The notes beneath the pieces were generated by a model. It ran no database searches and had not been told where the DNA came from. It saw nothing but the letters and a program-made list of their open reading frames with translations. From Candidatus Zixiibacteriota bacterium (GTDB lineage: Bacteria; RBG-13-66-14; B26-G2; WVWN01): 26,517 nt of DNA. Every line of letters starts with the position of its first letter. Position 1 is the first letter of the stretch. Location: contig JASFLY010000036.1 in the NCBI GenBank assembly GCA_050117845.1, positions 1 through 26,517 of the forward strand, in the 5' to 3' direction. The position numbers were made by a program, and so were the translations under genes. Positions 16,680-26,009 of the stretch are shown here, one piece after another.

Positions 16680-17731
16680 TAAATTATCCCTTTCCGACGT
16701 TTAGGAAAACACAGTCCTTTACGCCTCGCCGCGCCGTACTCCCGCGTTTTTAAAGAATCGGCGATAGTCCAAAGGTCGATTAGTGTTTCATGCTTAACAT
16801 TTCCTATTTTAGAATCCGATTCGCAAACGAAAACATTCCCCGAATCGTCAACGTAAAAACCCGCGCGCGCGATGTCGCAAGGTAACCCCCCGGGGAAATC
16901 CGACTCTATGGACGGAGATACGCCGAACTCGGCGCGGATCGCTTTAAGACGTCCTTTTAATACAGCCACGTCTCCCTTAGAAGGCGCGAGTTTATTCCTC
17001 TCTTTATCGTCTTTCATTTTACCGATAGGCATTAAAGGGCAGATTAGTTGGTAAATATTCCGCTCGAGACACCACCGGTAAATACCCTCTATGTCCATAT
17101 AGTTTTCTTTAAGTAAAACCGTCCCTAATCCCAATTTAGAAGGGAATGTTTCGTTAAGCCCATATTGCAGGAATAGCTTTAACGCACGGTTTCGCGCTTC
17201 CGAAAACCCTTGCCGGCCGACGATATCGTCTTGGTAGTAATTCTCGTATTTCAATACGACGGTTACTCCCAGCTCCCGCAACTGTTCTACAACTACTGGT
17301 CCTGAAATCCCGTGTATAGGTCCGGATAACCTTTCATCGCCTATTACGTCCCCGCCGGTAAACAAAACCGGTACCATACCCAACTCCCTAATATACGAAA
17401 GAATACCGAGAATATCCTCCCGCAATAGCGGTTCGCCTTCTCCCAAGATTTTTACACTCTTCCCGCCTAACGAAGCGAATTCTTTAATAACCTTCAATAT
17501 CTCATCGAACGTTAGTTTCCCGGTTTCGTTAACGCAATAGTAACCACAAAAAACGCAATTATTAATACATTTACCGGGAATCGCGAAATCCATCGTTAAA
17601 GGGTAACCGGCTTTCAATGCCGCCTCTACTTCAACGTCGGAAAAAGTCCCGCCCTCGTAGCCGAAAGGCTCCGTAGCGGAATACCGTGATACGTTTTTTA
17701 CGTTAACGCCCGTATAACTTGAAACGCCCAT
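16679..17731 (-). CDS. Radical SAM protein with C-terminal SPASM/twitch-like domain
   Basis: CxxxCxxC motif CINNCVFC; GEGEPLL (GGEP-like); C-terminal CDIARAGFYVDDSGNVFVCE...IGNV...LWT...C. Overlaps the livK-like stop by up to 29 nt. Confidence 0.92.
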   Translation of the reverse strand: MGVSSYTGVNVKNVSRYSATEPFGYEGGTFSDVEVEAALKAGYPLTMDFAIPGKCINNCVFCGYYCVNETGKLTFDEILKVIKEFASLGGKSVKILGEGEPLLREDILGILSYIRELGMVPVLFTGGDVIGDERLSGPIHGISGPVVVEQLRELGVTVVLKYENYYQDDIVGRQGFSEARNRALKLFLQYGLNETFPSKLGLGTVLLKENYMDIEGIYRWCLERNIYQLICPLMPIGKMKDDKERNKLAPSKGDVAVLKGRLKAIRAEFGVSPSIESDFPGGLPCDIARAGFYVDDSGNVFVCESDSKIGNVKHETLIDLWTIADSLKTREYGAARRKGLCFPKRRKGII

Positions 17732-18866
17732 CGTCGCCGAAAGTATAGAAATAAAAGCTCCGATCCGTAGTCTGACCGTTATCGTCGAACGTTATCTTAC
17801 CGGTTACGCCTTCTACCGAGAAACCCGGAGCCCGAAGCGCTTCGATAATCGCCTCGTGGTCTTGGCTTTCAGCTTTACTTATCCCGGCCGCTAATACTTT
17901 AACAGCGTCATAGCCGTATGGAGCGAACGCCGGGACATCCCCAAAGTCTCTCTTGTACTCCTCCACAAAGCCTTTCGCGGAACCTACTTCGCCCCAAGGC
18001 GGAGCTAAAAAACTAACGCATACGTTCTTGCAGTCGGTACCCGCTAATTCCGGCAACTTCTCGTCGAAACAGCCGTCTCCCATTACGAACGTCGTTTCTA
18101 AACCTAATTCCTTTGCTTGTTTAACAAGTTTCGCTCCTTCCGGTGCCATACCTCCGTAAAAAACAACAGCCGGAGTAACGCCCTTTAATTTCTCGATAAT
18201 AGCCCGGTACTCTTTCTGGCCCGGGTTAAGCGCATCATAGAGTACTACTTTTAAACCGAGTTTCTCAGACTCCTGTTTAACGTTGTCCGCTATACCTTTT
18301 CCATAAGCCGCGTTGTCGTGTATTACCGCTACGTTATCGACACCAAGCGTTTCCGAGATGAACCTGGCGGCTGATATACCTTGCATATCGTCCGTAGGTG
18401 CGAACCTGAAAACGTTTTCGAATCCCTGCCTGGTAATCTCAGGGTTAGTGGCCGACGTTACGACGTAAGGTAATCCGCTTTCCTTATATATCTTAGACGC
18501 CGGTATAGCGTTTCCGCTATTCGGGTGTCCGACGACACCGGTGATACCGGGTAACGTAACCACTTTATTCGCAATAGTAACCGCCTCTTTCGGGTCCGCT
18601 TTATCGTCGTACGGAAGTAATTCGACCTTTCTACCTAATAGCCCGCCGTTTTCGTTTATCTCGTTTACCGCTATTTCGGCCGCGTTTTTCTGCGGCACCC
18701 CGTAAACGGCTCCGTCCCCAGTCAAAGGCGTTACTATGGCAATCTTTATCGTCTCCGGTTCCTTTTTCTTGCATGCAAAAAGGCCGCTGCCGGCAACAAG
18801 TAGCGCCGTAGCGGCCAAGGCCGTTACCACCGTCCGCACGTTCTTCATCGTCCGCTCCTTCGCCAT
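17703..18866 (-). CDS. Branched-chain amino acid-type ABC transporter substrate-binding lipoprotein (LivK/LivJ-like)
   Basis: Lipobox GLFAC; PLTGDGAVYG, EINENGGLLGRKVEL, DDKADPKEA, SATNPEIT, FRFAPTDDMQG, YGYDAV, GVTGKITFDDNG. The start may be the later ATG (MKNVRT). Confidence 0.92.
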   Translation of the reverse strand: MAKERTMKNVRTVVTALAATALLVAGSGLFACKKKEPETIKIAIVTPLTGDGAVYGVPQKNAAEIAVNEINENGGLLGRKVELLPYDDKADPKEAVTIANKVVTLPGITGVVGHPNSGNAIPASKIYKESGLPYVVTSATNPEITRQGFENVFRFAPTDDMQGISAARFISETLGVDNVAVIHDNAAYGKGIADNVKQESEKLGLKVVLYDALNPGQKEYRAIIEKLKGVTPAVVFYGGMAPEGAKLVKQAKELGLETTFVMGDGCFDEKLPELAGTDCKNVCVSFLAPPWGEVGSAKGFVEEYKRDFGDVPAFAPYGYDAVKVLAAGISKAESQDHEAIIEALRAPGFSVEGVTGKITFDDNGQTTDRSFYFYTFGDDGRFKLYGR

Positions 18867-18957
18867 TAATACCCTACGCCGTCACGTATCCGCCCAAAAT
18901 CGTAAGGTAATACGCGATAATCACCACTCCGAAATTCCACCTCCACCCATATGCATG

Positions 18958-18986
18958 TATATACCCGATGGCGCGAACGTTGTCAA
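18958..18986 (-). promoter_or_regulatory. Putative sigma70 promoter of the liv/radical SAM operon
   Basis: TTGACA-N17-TATATA on the minus strand, about 90 nt upstream of the livK-like start. Confidence 0.7.
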
Positions 18987-19097
18987 GAGAATTATTTAAC
19001 TGTTAAATGGCTCAAAGCGCATTTTACAGAATATTATTTACTTTCCTCTCCGCCACCGTCAAGGACGCCTTCGAGTTCGAGGCCGGGTTCTTCGGGT

Positions 19098-19125
19098 AAA
19101 ACGACGGCGCCGAGTCGGCCGTCGC
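19098..19125 (-). terminator. Possible intrinsic terminator downstream of the addA-like gene
   Basis: Minus strand GCGACGGC-(CGACTCGGC)-GCCGTCGT followed by TTT. Confidence 0.45.
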
Positions 19126-19333
19126 GCTTGCGCGTTACGGTTCACCCTAGTTTAATAATACTACGCCGAGAAATAAAACCGGGCCGACCCGCCGGCCGAC
19201 CCGCATCCCACCCCGGCCTTGTTAACCGTTAAGTATAACTTCTCTGTCGTATATACCGCGACCCTCTCCGCCTTTAATCACAGACACCTATAATATTCGG
19301 GACCCCCGCCTTGAAATAGGGAAGACGCTGCGT

Positions 19334-22300
19334 CTACAACGTTACAACTTCGTACCGAGGGGATAACCCTTCGGCGCCGACGAAAAACAAGCCGACCTCT
19401 TTCACTCGTTCGCCTGTAATCTCCTCCCACGCCCGGGCGTAGGCGCGTACTTGCGGCCCGTAGTAGTTGACGTACGGCGCATAATCGCCGTCAGGGGGCG
19501 CGGAGGTCTTGTAATCGACTATAACCCAACCGTCGCCCTCCATAAAAGCGAGGTCTATAACGCCGGCTACGACGCCGGGTGAACGACTCGGTTGGCTTAC
19601 TTTGCGGAGATAAGGAACCTCAGCTAGAACCCGCTTGGCACGCCGGACCCGCCGCCAGTGCGGCGTTGCCATAACTCCTTCTACCGCTGCTACAGCTTCG
19701 CTGGCTTCGCTCTGGTCCCCACCCTCGCTCTTTAATAACCACCGCGCCATTTGCAATAAATCGAGGTCATGCCTCCGGACAACCGCTTCTAAAAAGCCGT
19801 GGATGACGTTGCCCCAGATGCGGTTACCCTCGGGCCGTTCACCACCACGGGCCGCCGCGGCCAGCGCCAGTTCCTTCTCGGCTCCCCGTTCGTAGCTCGC
19901 GCGTATTACGTTATTGCGCCGTTCGGCTAAGGCCTCGCGCGCAGCGGCGACTTCCTCGACCTTTACTGCGATAGGCTGGGCGGTCGGTAGTTCTTTTTCT
20001 TCGGGCACTTCCAGAGGTTTCGCTTCGCCCAAATCCTTTTCGAGGGGGTACCAAGGGCTTTTCTTGTTGGCCCTTTCGGTGACAACCATCATTACGCCGG
20101 CGCGTGTCGCCGCGACATAGCGTAGGCGTGCTTTCTCTGCATCTTCGTACTCCCGCGCTTCTTCCACTACGTGTTCCCAATCTGGCGGAACGGCTATTTG
20201 CTTCTCCCGCCCGGAAGTACCCTTTAGAGGTTCATCGTAGACGACGATATAGCCTCGCGGCGTCTCGCCCCGTCGGTCTATGTGAACCCTCGGCTCGCGG
20301 TCCGATTCTCCCGCGGGGTCCGCCAGAAAGACTACCGCTGCTTCAAGCCCCTTGGCTTGATGTAGGTTCATAACGCGCGCCAGTGTTCCCCCGACCGTAG
20401 CCTTCGCCGGTATCGCGTCTTGCCATAACTCCTTATCATCAGTCGCTACGAGAGCTTCTAATCCATCCGCGAGAGCCGCCGTAGACCACTCCCGGTCGTG
20501 AAGGCCGCGTAGGATTTCCAAGGCTTTAAGCAGGCCACCGGCCCGCCCGTTGCCGCCGACCGCCGCGGCCGCGTAGGCAACGAGGCCGAGGTCTTCCAAT
20601 ATACGCTCGACCGCCACTATGGGAGGAAGGTGTTTTAACCAACGGTCGTATTCATGTAGTCGGTCGACCGCCTCCGCGATAACGGCGCCTCCTTGCTCGG
20701 CATCTAGCGGGACCTTCTTTTTATAACAAAATCTACCTCCGCCTTTATTAAACTCGTAGAGTTCCTCGTCACTCGCGCCCCAACCCTCGCCGCGTAGAAA
20801 CCCGACGAGCTTTATCGGGTCTTCAGGATAAACTGCCGCCGCGAACGCGCCTTTGATAATCGAAAGCTCGGCGAGCGCATTCAACGCATCGCTCCCGGTT
20901 ACGGCGTGGGGTACCCGCCGGCGTTGAAACGCATCGGCGTACAACGACAATCTTTGCTTCACCCGCGTCAGAACCATGAAGTCGCCGGGTTGAACAGGTA
21001 CCGCTTTCGGGTCGGCCCCTTTTCTAACGGGGAAGGGAACGGTGTAGCCTTTCGTTAGCGCAGCGGCGACGAAGGCCGAGATCACGTCGGCGTCGTAAAC
21101 TGCGGATTCGTTTTGGTTACGGGCCACGTCATCGGGAAGCCGGATAGCATTTAAACCCCTTAAATCTCCCTCGCCCATATCGGTCCTACCGGTCTCAAGT
21201 GGGACGTAAGCCGGCGCGTAGTCGTCCGCCTTTTCCGGGAATACTTCTCTAAAATGGTTGTTCACCCAGCTAACGAGGGGCTGGACAGCACGGAAGTTAG
21301 CGGTTAGCTGGACGAGCTGGCCGCCACCTTTTAATATAATGCTCTTAACCTCGTTATAGGTCGCTACGTCTGCGCGGCGGAAACGGTAAATGGACTGCTT
21401 GGGGTCCCCAACGACGAACAAGGAACCAGGCCTGGGACAGCACTTCCGCCAATCCTTTTCGCCCGCGTTGCTAGCCGTGAGTAACTTCAATACTTCGGCC
21501 TGTATCGGGTCGGTGTCCTGAAATTCGTCTACCAGCAAGTATTTGCACTTACTGGCGAAGTATTCGCGCACGGCACGGTGTTCCCGCAAGAGCGCAGCGG
21601 CCTTCATCAGAAGGTCCTGGAAGTTAAGGACGCCGAGCTCCCTGCGCCGCGCCGCGAGTTCGGCAGCGACGACGCGATATAATTTGATAACGAACTGATA
21701 TCGGTATTTGAGGAGCTGCGTCCGGGAAGGTCCGATGACGGCGGCATAAAAATCATTCCACCGCGCCTCCTCCTGTTTCGCGAGGAGGTCTTGCCGGCCT
21801 TTCTTTTCGCCCCGCCAATACTTTTGCGTCGGTTTCACTGTCGCGGGAACGTTTAATATCGCATGGACGTCGCGCACGTCCGCCCAACTGGTGTCGTTGA
21901 CAAGGTCGCAGAACACCTCTAACTCGTTCATAAGTTTGTCAGTCCCGCGCTCCTCAGGAGGCGGGAAAAAAGACCGTAACGCGCCAACGCGTTTAGCGTA
22001 CTCTTCACATTCTTTACGGAGGGCCCCAATATCCAGCGGCGTCATTTCGCGCTCGCCCCAATCCGTTATATCGGGGTAGTTGGCAAAGGTAAGGAACCCC
22101 CTTTTGAGGTCGTTCAATTTTACTCCGAGGGAACGTAGTGTCGTAGCGTTCGCGTCGTCCGCAGCGCGGAGGGCTTCGAGCGTCTCCCGCCAAACGTGCG
22201 CCGCGAGTAAGTGATCGTCTCTTTCTTCAATCTCGACAAACCCTAAATCCACGCCGGCTTCCACCGGCCGTTCGCGCAGGAGGCGCCCGCAGAACGAGTG

Positions 22301-22648
22301 GATAGTACCGACGAAGAGGTGGGATATGTCGTCTAGCGCCCGGCTCAGCCGTTCACGGCGCACGTTTGCCCCGTCGTCTGGGCCTTCTTTTTTTAGTTCT
22401 CTCTCCAACTCTAATTGGAGGCGCGCTCGCATCTCCGCCGCCGCCTTGCGGGTGAAAGTCACCGCGGCTATCTCCCGCACGCTGCATTTCCCCGCTGCTA
22501 AAAGCGCTAACATGCGGTTGATAAGGCAAGTCGTCTTGCCGGTCCCAGCCGCCGCCTCCACGAACATATTCCCGTCCAGCTCGGCGGTAATTTTGTCCCG
22601 TTCCCGCTGGTCGGGCGGTAAGGTATTATTCGCTTTTCGTCCCGCCAT
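19334..22648 (-). CDS. addA: UvrD/AddA-like SF1A helicase with C-terminal PD-(D/E)XK (RecB-type) nuclease
   Basis: AAAGTGKT, VTFTRKAAAEM, TIHSFC, LVDEFQDT, VGDPKQSIYRFR, MNLHQAKGLE, YVAATRA; nuclease GVIDLAF...IVDYKT...QVRAY. Confidence 0.9.
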   Translation of the reverse strand: MAGRKANNTLPPDQRERDKITAELDGNMFVEAAAGTGKTTCLINRMLALLAAGKCSVREIAAVTFTRKAAAEMRARLQLELERELKKEGPDDGANVRRERLSRALDDISHLFVGTIHSFCGRLLRERPVEAGVDLGFVEIEERDDHLLAAHVWRETLEALRAADDANATTLRSLGVKLNDLKRGFLTFANYPDITDWGEREMTPLDIGALRKECEEYAKRVGALRSFFPPPEERGTDKLMNELEVFCDLVNDTSWADVRDVHAILNVPATVKPTQKYWRGEKKGRQDLLAKQEEARWNDFYAAVIGPSRTQLLKYRYQFVIKLYRVVAAELAARRRELGVLNFQDLLMKAAALLREHRAVREYFASKCKYLLVDEFQDTDPIQAEVLKLLTASNAGEKDWRKCCPRPGSLFVVGDPKQSIYRFRRADVATYNEVKSIILKGGGQLVQLTANFRAVQPLVSWVNNHFREVFPEKADDYAPAYVPLETGRTDMGEGDLRGLNAIRLPDDVARNQNESAVYDADVISAFVAAALTKGYTVPFPVRKGADPKAVPVQPGDFMVLTRVKQRLSLYADAFQRRRVPHAVTGSDALNALAELSIIKGAFAAAVYPEDPIKLVGFLRGEGWGASDEELYEFNKGGGRFCYKKKVPLDAEQGGAVIAEAVDRLHEYDRWLKHLPPIVAVERILEDLGLVAYAAAAVGGNGRAGGLLKALEILRGLHDREWSTAALADGLEALVATDDKELWQDAIPAKATVGGTLARVMNLHQAKGLEAAVVFLADPAGESDREPRVHIDRRGETPRGYIVVYDEPLKGTSGREKQIAVPPDWEHVVEEAREYEDAEKARLRYVAATRAGVMMVVTERANKKSPWYPLEKDLGEAKPLEVPEEKELPTAQPIAVKVEEVAAAREALAERRNNVIRASYERGAEKELALAAAARGGERPEGNRIWGNVIHGFLEAVVRRHDLDLLQMARWLLKSEGGDQSEASEAVAAVEGVMATPHWRRVRRAKRVLAEVPYLRKVSQPSRSPGVVAGVIDLAFMEGDGWVIVDYKTSAPPDGDYAPYVNYYGPQVRAYARAWEEITGERVKEVGLFFVGAEGLSPRYEVVTL

Positions 22649-25600
22649 TGGGCCGCAACTCCCTGAAATCGTTAAGTGCTTCGTTCTTCGGGTTATCCAA
22701 TTTAGCGCGCGCGAACGCCGGTTCGTCGGCGCAGATCGGCGCGTAGTCGCAATACTTGCAATCGTTGGCGTCGTCGGTAGCAGCGTAGGTACCGGCGCCA
22801 GCGACGCCGCAGAGCGCCGCTACGATTCCCTGTCCTATTCCCATCAATTCATCGCGCCGATACCGTATCCGCCGCCCCTTACCTTTCGCGCTGGTAAAGA
22901 AATAACCGAACGACTCTACGGCAACGCCCTCCCTTCCCTGCGCCGCGAGCGCCGCCTCCAAGAGAGCGATGTAATAGAAATTCTGGATAACTCGGCCATT
23001 GAAGAACGGCGGTTCCTTTTCAAAACGGGACATGCTCCCGGACTTATAATCCCATATCGCGAGTGACTTGTCGGCTTCCTCGTCGACGCGATCTAACCGG
23101 CCGCGACCGCGAATGCGCTCGCTCTTAGACAACACGATATCTACCGGTTCCACCGTATCAAAAGGCGTACCGGTACTCGTCGGTTCCAACCCGAAAGTGA
23201 CTTCGCAATGTCGCGGAGTGCTTGTTTTGCAATGGGCCTCTTCTTTAAGCAGGAAATAACGACAGGCTTTTTCGAGTTGTTCAACTTGTTCTTGGAAAAC
23301 GGTCTCACGTGCGGGGGGATACGTTTCCCGATACTCGTCTACTTTCTGGGTTAAAATCGCGAACAGGCGTTTCGTATCCCTTTCGACTTGAGGTTGTTTA
23401 CCCTCACGCGCCAAAGCCGTCATAAACTCGTAAAACACGTCGTGGAGTAGAGATCCTGCGACGCGGCCATCCAACCAAACATCCTCGTCAACCGCGTACT
23501 CCGTAGGGAGCTCTACTCCAAGGACGTATTTAAAGAAGAACCGGCGAGGACAGGTGCCTATTGTCTCAAGTCGGGTGTAGGAATACGGCGGCGCGTCGTC
23601 GGCCGTGAACGCTAAGCCGGCTTCGGGTACAAAACCGTCGTAAACGGTAAAGGCATCGCTTTCCCGCGCGGCGCACGCGGCCATACCGCGGGCGAGATTC
23701 TCGTAATGGCCAGCTACGACGGCCCGGTTGTCGGCCCCCACATCCTCAGATAAAATACGCCACAACCACCACTCGCTTAAGTCTAAAGCTTTATCCTCGG
23801 CGTCGGGGCAGAACGAAGCCGGCGGTCCGAGCCAACGTTTCATCGCCTCTAGATCCCCCGCGCGTTCTCCCGAAAATAGGCGATACGCCCTAACGACGCC
23901 GGGGGAGGGAAAGGATTCGCGGTCATCCGCTAAGTCGTAACAGCTGTAACTCAGCGTAACGTGGCCGCGCAGTCGCGCAAGAAGGCGAGCAAATTCACCC
24001 TCTCGCTCGTCCAACCGCTGCTCGCCCGTAGGGAGATCGGCCGATAACTTGGTCCGTTCGCCGTCCAATAAAACCGGTTCCGGCTGCCCCGTACCCGGGA
24101 AACGACCATCATCTAGGCCAAGAATGAAAGTATGCGGCCGGCCAGAACGACCTCCGGCGTAAAGGTTAGACACATACAAGTGCCCCGGGCGCGGGCCCGC
24201 ACCCCCCACCGGCGTCTCACCGGGGAGGTTTCTTAGCCATTCCCAACCGTTCACGTACGATAGCGCTTGCCCTCCCTCGGCCCACCCGATCAACTCCTTT
24301 ATGGCATCCATCAACGCGCGACCCGCGTACTCGTCGAATCGTCCGGTCAGCTCGCGCTTGAACTTTCCCAGGAAAACCTTACCGGCGGCGAGAACGTCGA
24401 TTAAAGGCGCGTCAACATCGGGCGTTAGCGCAATGAGGTCGCCTACCCGATCCCGTAATACGCTGACCACCGCGCGGCGCCTTTCGAAGTAAGACGTATC
24501 CAGCGGTTCGCCATCCTCATCCACCAACTTCTCCTTACGTTCTATAAGGGCGTCAAAACCGGCAATTACGACGTCGAGCTGCGTTAGGTAGCGTTCGCGA
24601 CCAGCTCCTACGCAGGCGCGTCTGAGTTCGTCAGCCAGAAAACTAAAACTGAACTCGGTTTCGTCGCCTACGGCGAGAAGCCCATCCTGGATCATGCGGA
24701 CGAGCGTCTGCTGTGGGAAGTTCTCGCTGGACCATTCCACCCAAGCGAGAAGGGCTCGGCCCGGACGGGAATAGGAAGCCGGAACGCCGTCGGCGAAAGT
24801 GACGGGGAGGCCGAATTCGCTTCCGTCGCCCTCGCCGGCGGCGGATTCATCTTCCGCGTCATCCGTAGCGAATAGACGTGCTGCTACTTCATAAATAAGT
24901 CGGCGGTAAACGCCGGCGTCGGCGCAGATTATCTCTACGCTATCGAACGGCATCCCCTCGGCCAATATACGGCGGAAAACCTCGCGGACCTCATTCGCCT
25001 CGCCGACGGCCGCGAAAATCGAAGCGGTTTTATCTCCCCGAGGTGGTGGCGCGATGGCCGGATTTTTTAACCAGCGCAGCAACGCAATGTCCGTATAACT
25101 CTCTGGCCAGGCAATGTCGCTCGCGACCGGTTCGTCCACCGCCAACTCTCGCAGTTGGCCTACCGGTAACGCGGCCAAGAGATCACGTTCCAGTCTTTGC
25201 CGAGCGATATCTTTAGGATAGATGACAAGGGCATCCGGGGGTAAGGGCGAAGGACTTTCGGTAAGCCGTTCGATGGCGAGGGCCAATACGCCAGCGTAGT
25301 CTAAAAGATTCTTCTCGCGGAGGAAGGCCCCGTAAGAGCGCAACAACTCGCGGATGGCCGCGCCTTTTATTCTGGTCTCCAATTTCTCCGGGTCGACGTC
25401 GTCGGCATTCAAGCCAGCGAGGCGGAGATCCGTTATTGTACGGGCGAGCGCCACAAAGAAACCCGGGGACGCCTCGACACGCGCGAAATACTGACGGTTT
25501 TCTGCGTCAAGTCTCGCCCAAGCTATCTCCGTAGCGGCTTCGACGCCGAGGCCTGAAATGAACTCCGCACCTTCCTTCGCCATAGCGTCGCGCGCACAAT

Positions 25601-25862
25601 ATCGCGCGAGGTTAACGAGGGTGTCATGCGGTTCGTCTAGGATGTATTCCAGATCCCGGTCTTCGGGCAACTCGGCGGCCTCAACGTCATCTACCGACCG
25701 CCCCGGGAGATACCCGAGGCGGACGTTGACGACCGGGTGCCCCTCCCGCGCTACCGCCTCGAGCCACTGCCGGGCGACGCGCCGCGACGGGGCTACAATC
25801 CACTTCTCCTCGAAGAGGTATTCGCGAAAAATATATGCGAGCTCCTGCGTGAAAACGTTCAT
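22626..25862 (-). CDS. addB: AddB-like inactive helicase/RecB-type nuclease with Fe-S cluster cysteines
   Basis: Degenerate helicase N-terminus (IVAPSRR); YSYTRLE..TCPRRFF (Cys1), GRLDRVD, IWDYKSG, C-terminal CKYCDYAPIC (Cys2-4, iron-staple pattern). 23-nt overlap with the addA-like gene. Confidence 0.85.
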   Translation of the reverse strand: MNVFTQELAYIFREYLFEEKWIVAPSRRVARQWLEAVAREGHPVVNVRLGYLPGRSVDDVEAAELPEDRDLEYILDEPHDTLVNLARYCARDAMAKEGAEFISGLGVEAATEIAWARLDAENRQYFARVEASPGFFVALARTITDLRLAGLNADDVDPEKLETRIKGAAIRELLRSYGAFLREKNLLDYAGVLALAIERLTESPSPLPPDALVIYPKDIARQRLERDLLAALPVGQLRELAVDEPVASDIAWPESYTDIALLRWLKNPAIAPPPRGDKTASIFAAVGEANEVREVFRRILAEGMPFDSVEIICADAGVYRRLIYEVAARLFATDDAEDESAAGEGDGSEFGLPVTFADGVPASYSRPGRALLAWVEWSSENFPQQTLVRMIQDGLLAVGDETEFSFSFLADELRRACVGAGRERYLTQLDVVIAGFDALIERKEKLVDEDGEPLDTSYFERRRAVVSVLRDRVGDLIALTPDVDAPLIDVLAAGKVFLGKFKRELTGRFDEYAGRALMDAIKELIGWAEGGQALSYVNGWEWLRNLPGETPVGGAGPRPGHLYVSNLYAGGRSGRPHTFILGLDDGRFPGTGQPEPVLLDGERTKLSADLPTGEQRLDEREGEFARLLARLRGHVTLSYSCYDLADDRESFPSPGVVRAYRLFSGERAGDLEAMKRWLGPPASFCPDAEDKALDLSEWWLWRILSEDVGADNRAVVAGHYENLARGMAACAARESDAFTVYDGFVPEAGLAFTADDAPPYSYTRLETIGTCPRRFFFKYVLGVELPTEYAVDEDVWLDGRVAGSLLHDVFYEFMTALAREGKQPQVERDTKRLFAILTQKVDEYRETYPPARETVFQEQVEQLEKACRYFLLKEEAHCKTSTPRHCEVTFGLEPTSTGTPFDTVEPVDIVLSKSERIRGRGRLDRVDEEADKSLAIWDYKSGSMSRFEKEPPFFNGRVIQNFYYIALLEAALAAQGREGVAVESFGYFFTSAKGKGRRIRYRRDELMGIGQGIVAALCGVAGAGTYAATDDANDCKYCDYAPICADEPAFARAKLDNPKNEALNDFRELRPNGGTKSE

Positions 25863-25883
25863 ATGGCCTTCCTAAGGTATACG

Positions 25884-25918
25884 AAAAAAACCACCCCTGG
25901 GCTAAGCCAGCGGGCGGT
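25884..25918 (-). terminator. Intrinsic terminator/attenuator hairpin in the addB 5' leader
   Basis: Minus strand ACCGCCC-G-CTGG-(CTTAGC)-CCAG-GGGTGGT running into a T7 tract; lies between the promoter and the addB ATG. Confidence 0.7.
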
Positions 25919-25932
25919 CAAATTATTTGCGT

Positions 25933-25974
25933 TTACTTTCTCCAATCAACGTTTTTAATCCTCCCTAATATCAC
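25933..25974 (-). CDS. Putative leaderless leader peptide MILGRIKNVDWRK upstream of addB
   Basis: The GTG lies exactly 6 nt after the -10 box TAAATT. It shares GGG AGG AT(A/T) (G-R-I) at codons 4-6 with the hsdM leader ORF. Confidence 0.45.
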   Translation of the reverse strand: MILGRIKNVDWRK

Positions 25975-25980
25975 ACTAAT

Positions 25981-26009
25981 AATTTACGCACTTGTTGGTA
26001 CAATGTCAA
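25981..26009 (-). promoter_or_regulatory. Putative sigma70 promoter of the addAB-like operon
   Basis: TTGACA-N17-TAAATT on the minus strand; a TTGTAC direct repeat (25998-26003 and 26010-26015) flanks the -35. Confidence 0.7.

Noticed and set aside
16679..17731. Radical SAM gene as a prokaryotic viperin
   Set aside because: It has a SPASM/twitch-like C-terminus and lacks the viperin-type motifs I would expect.
19182..19204. Tandem 11-bp repeat GGCCGACCCGC
   Set aside because: Only two short GC-rich copies with no supporting context.
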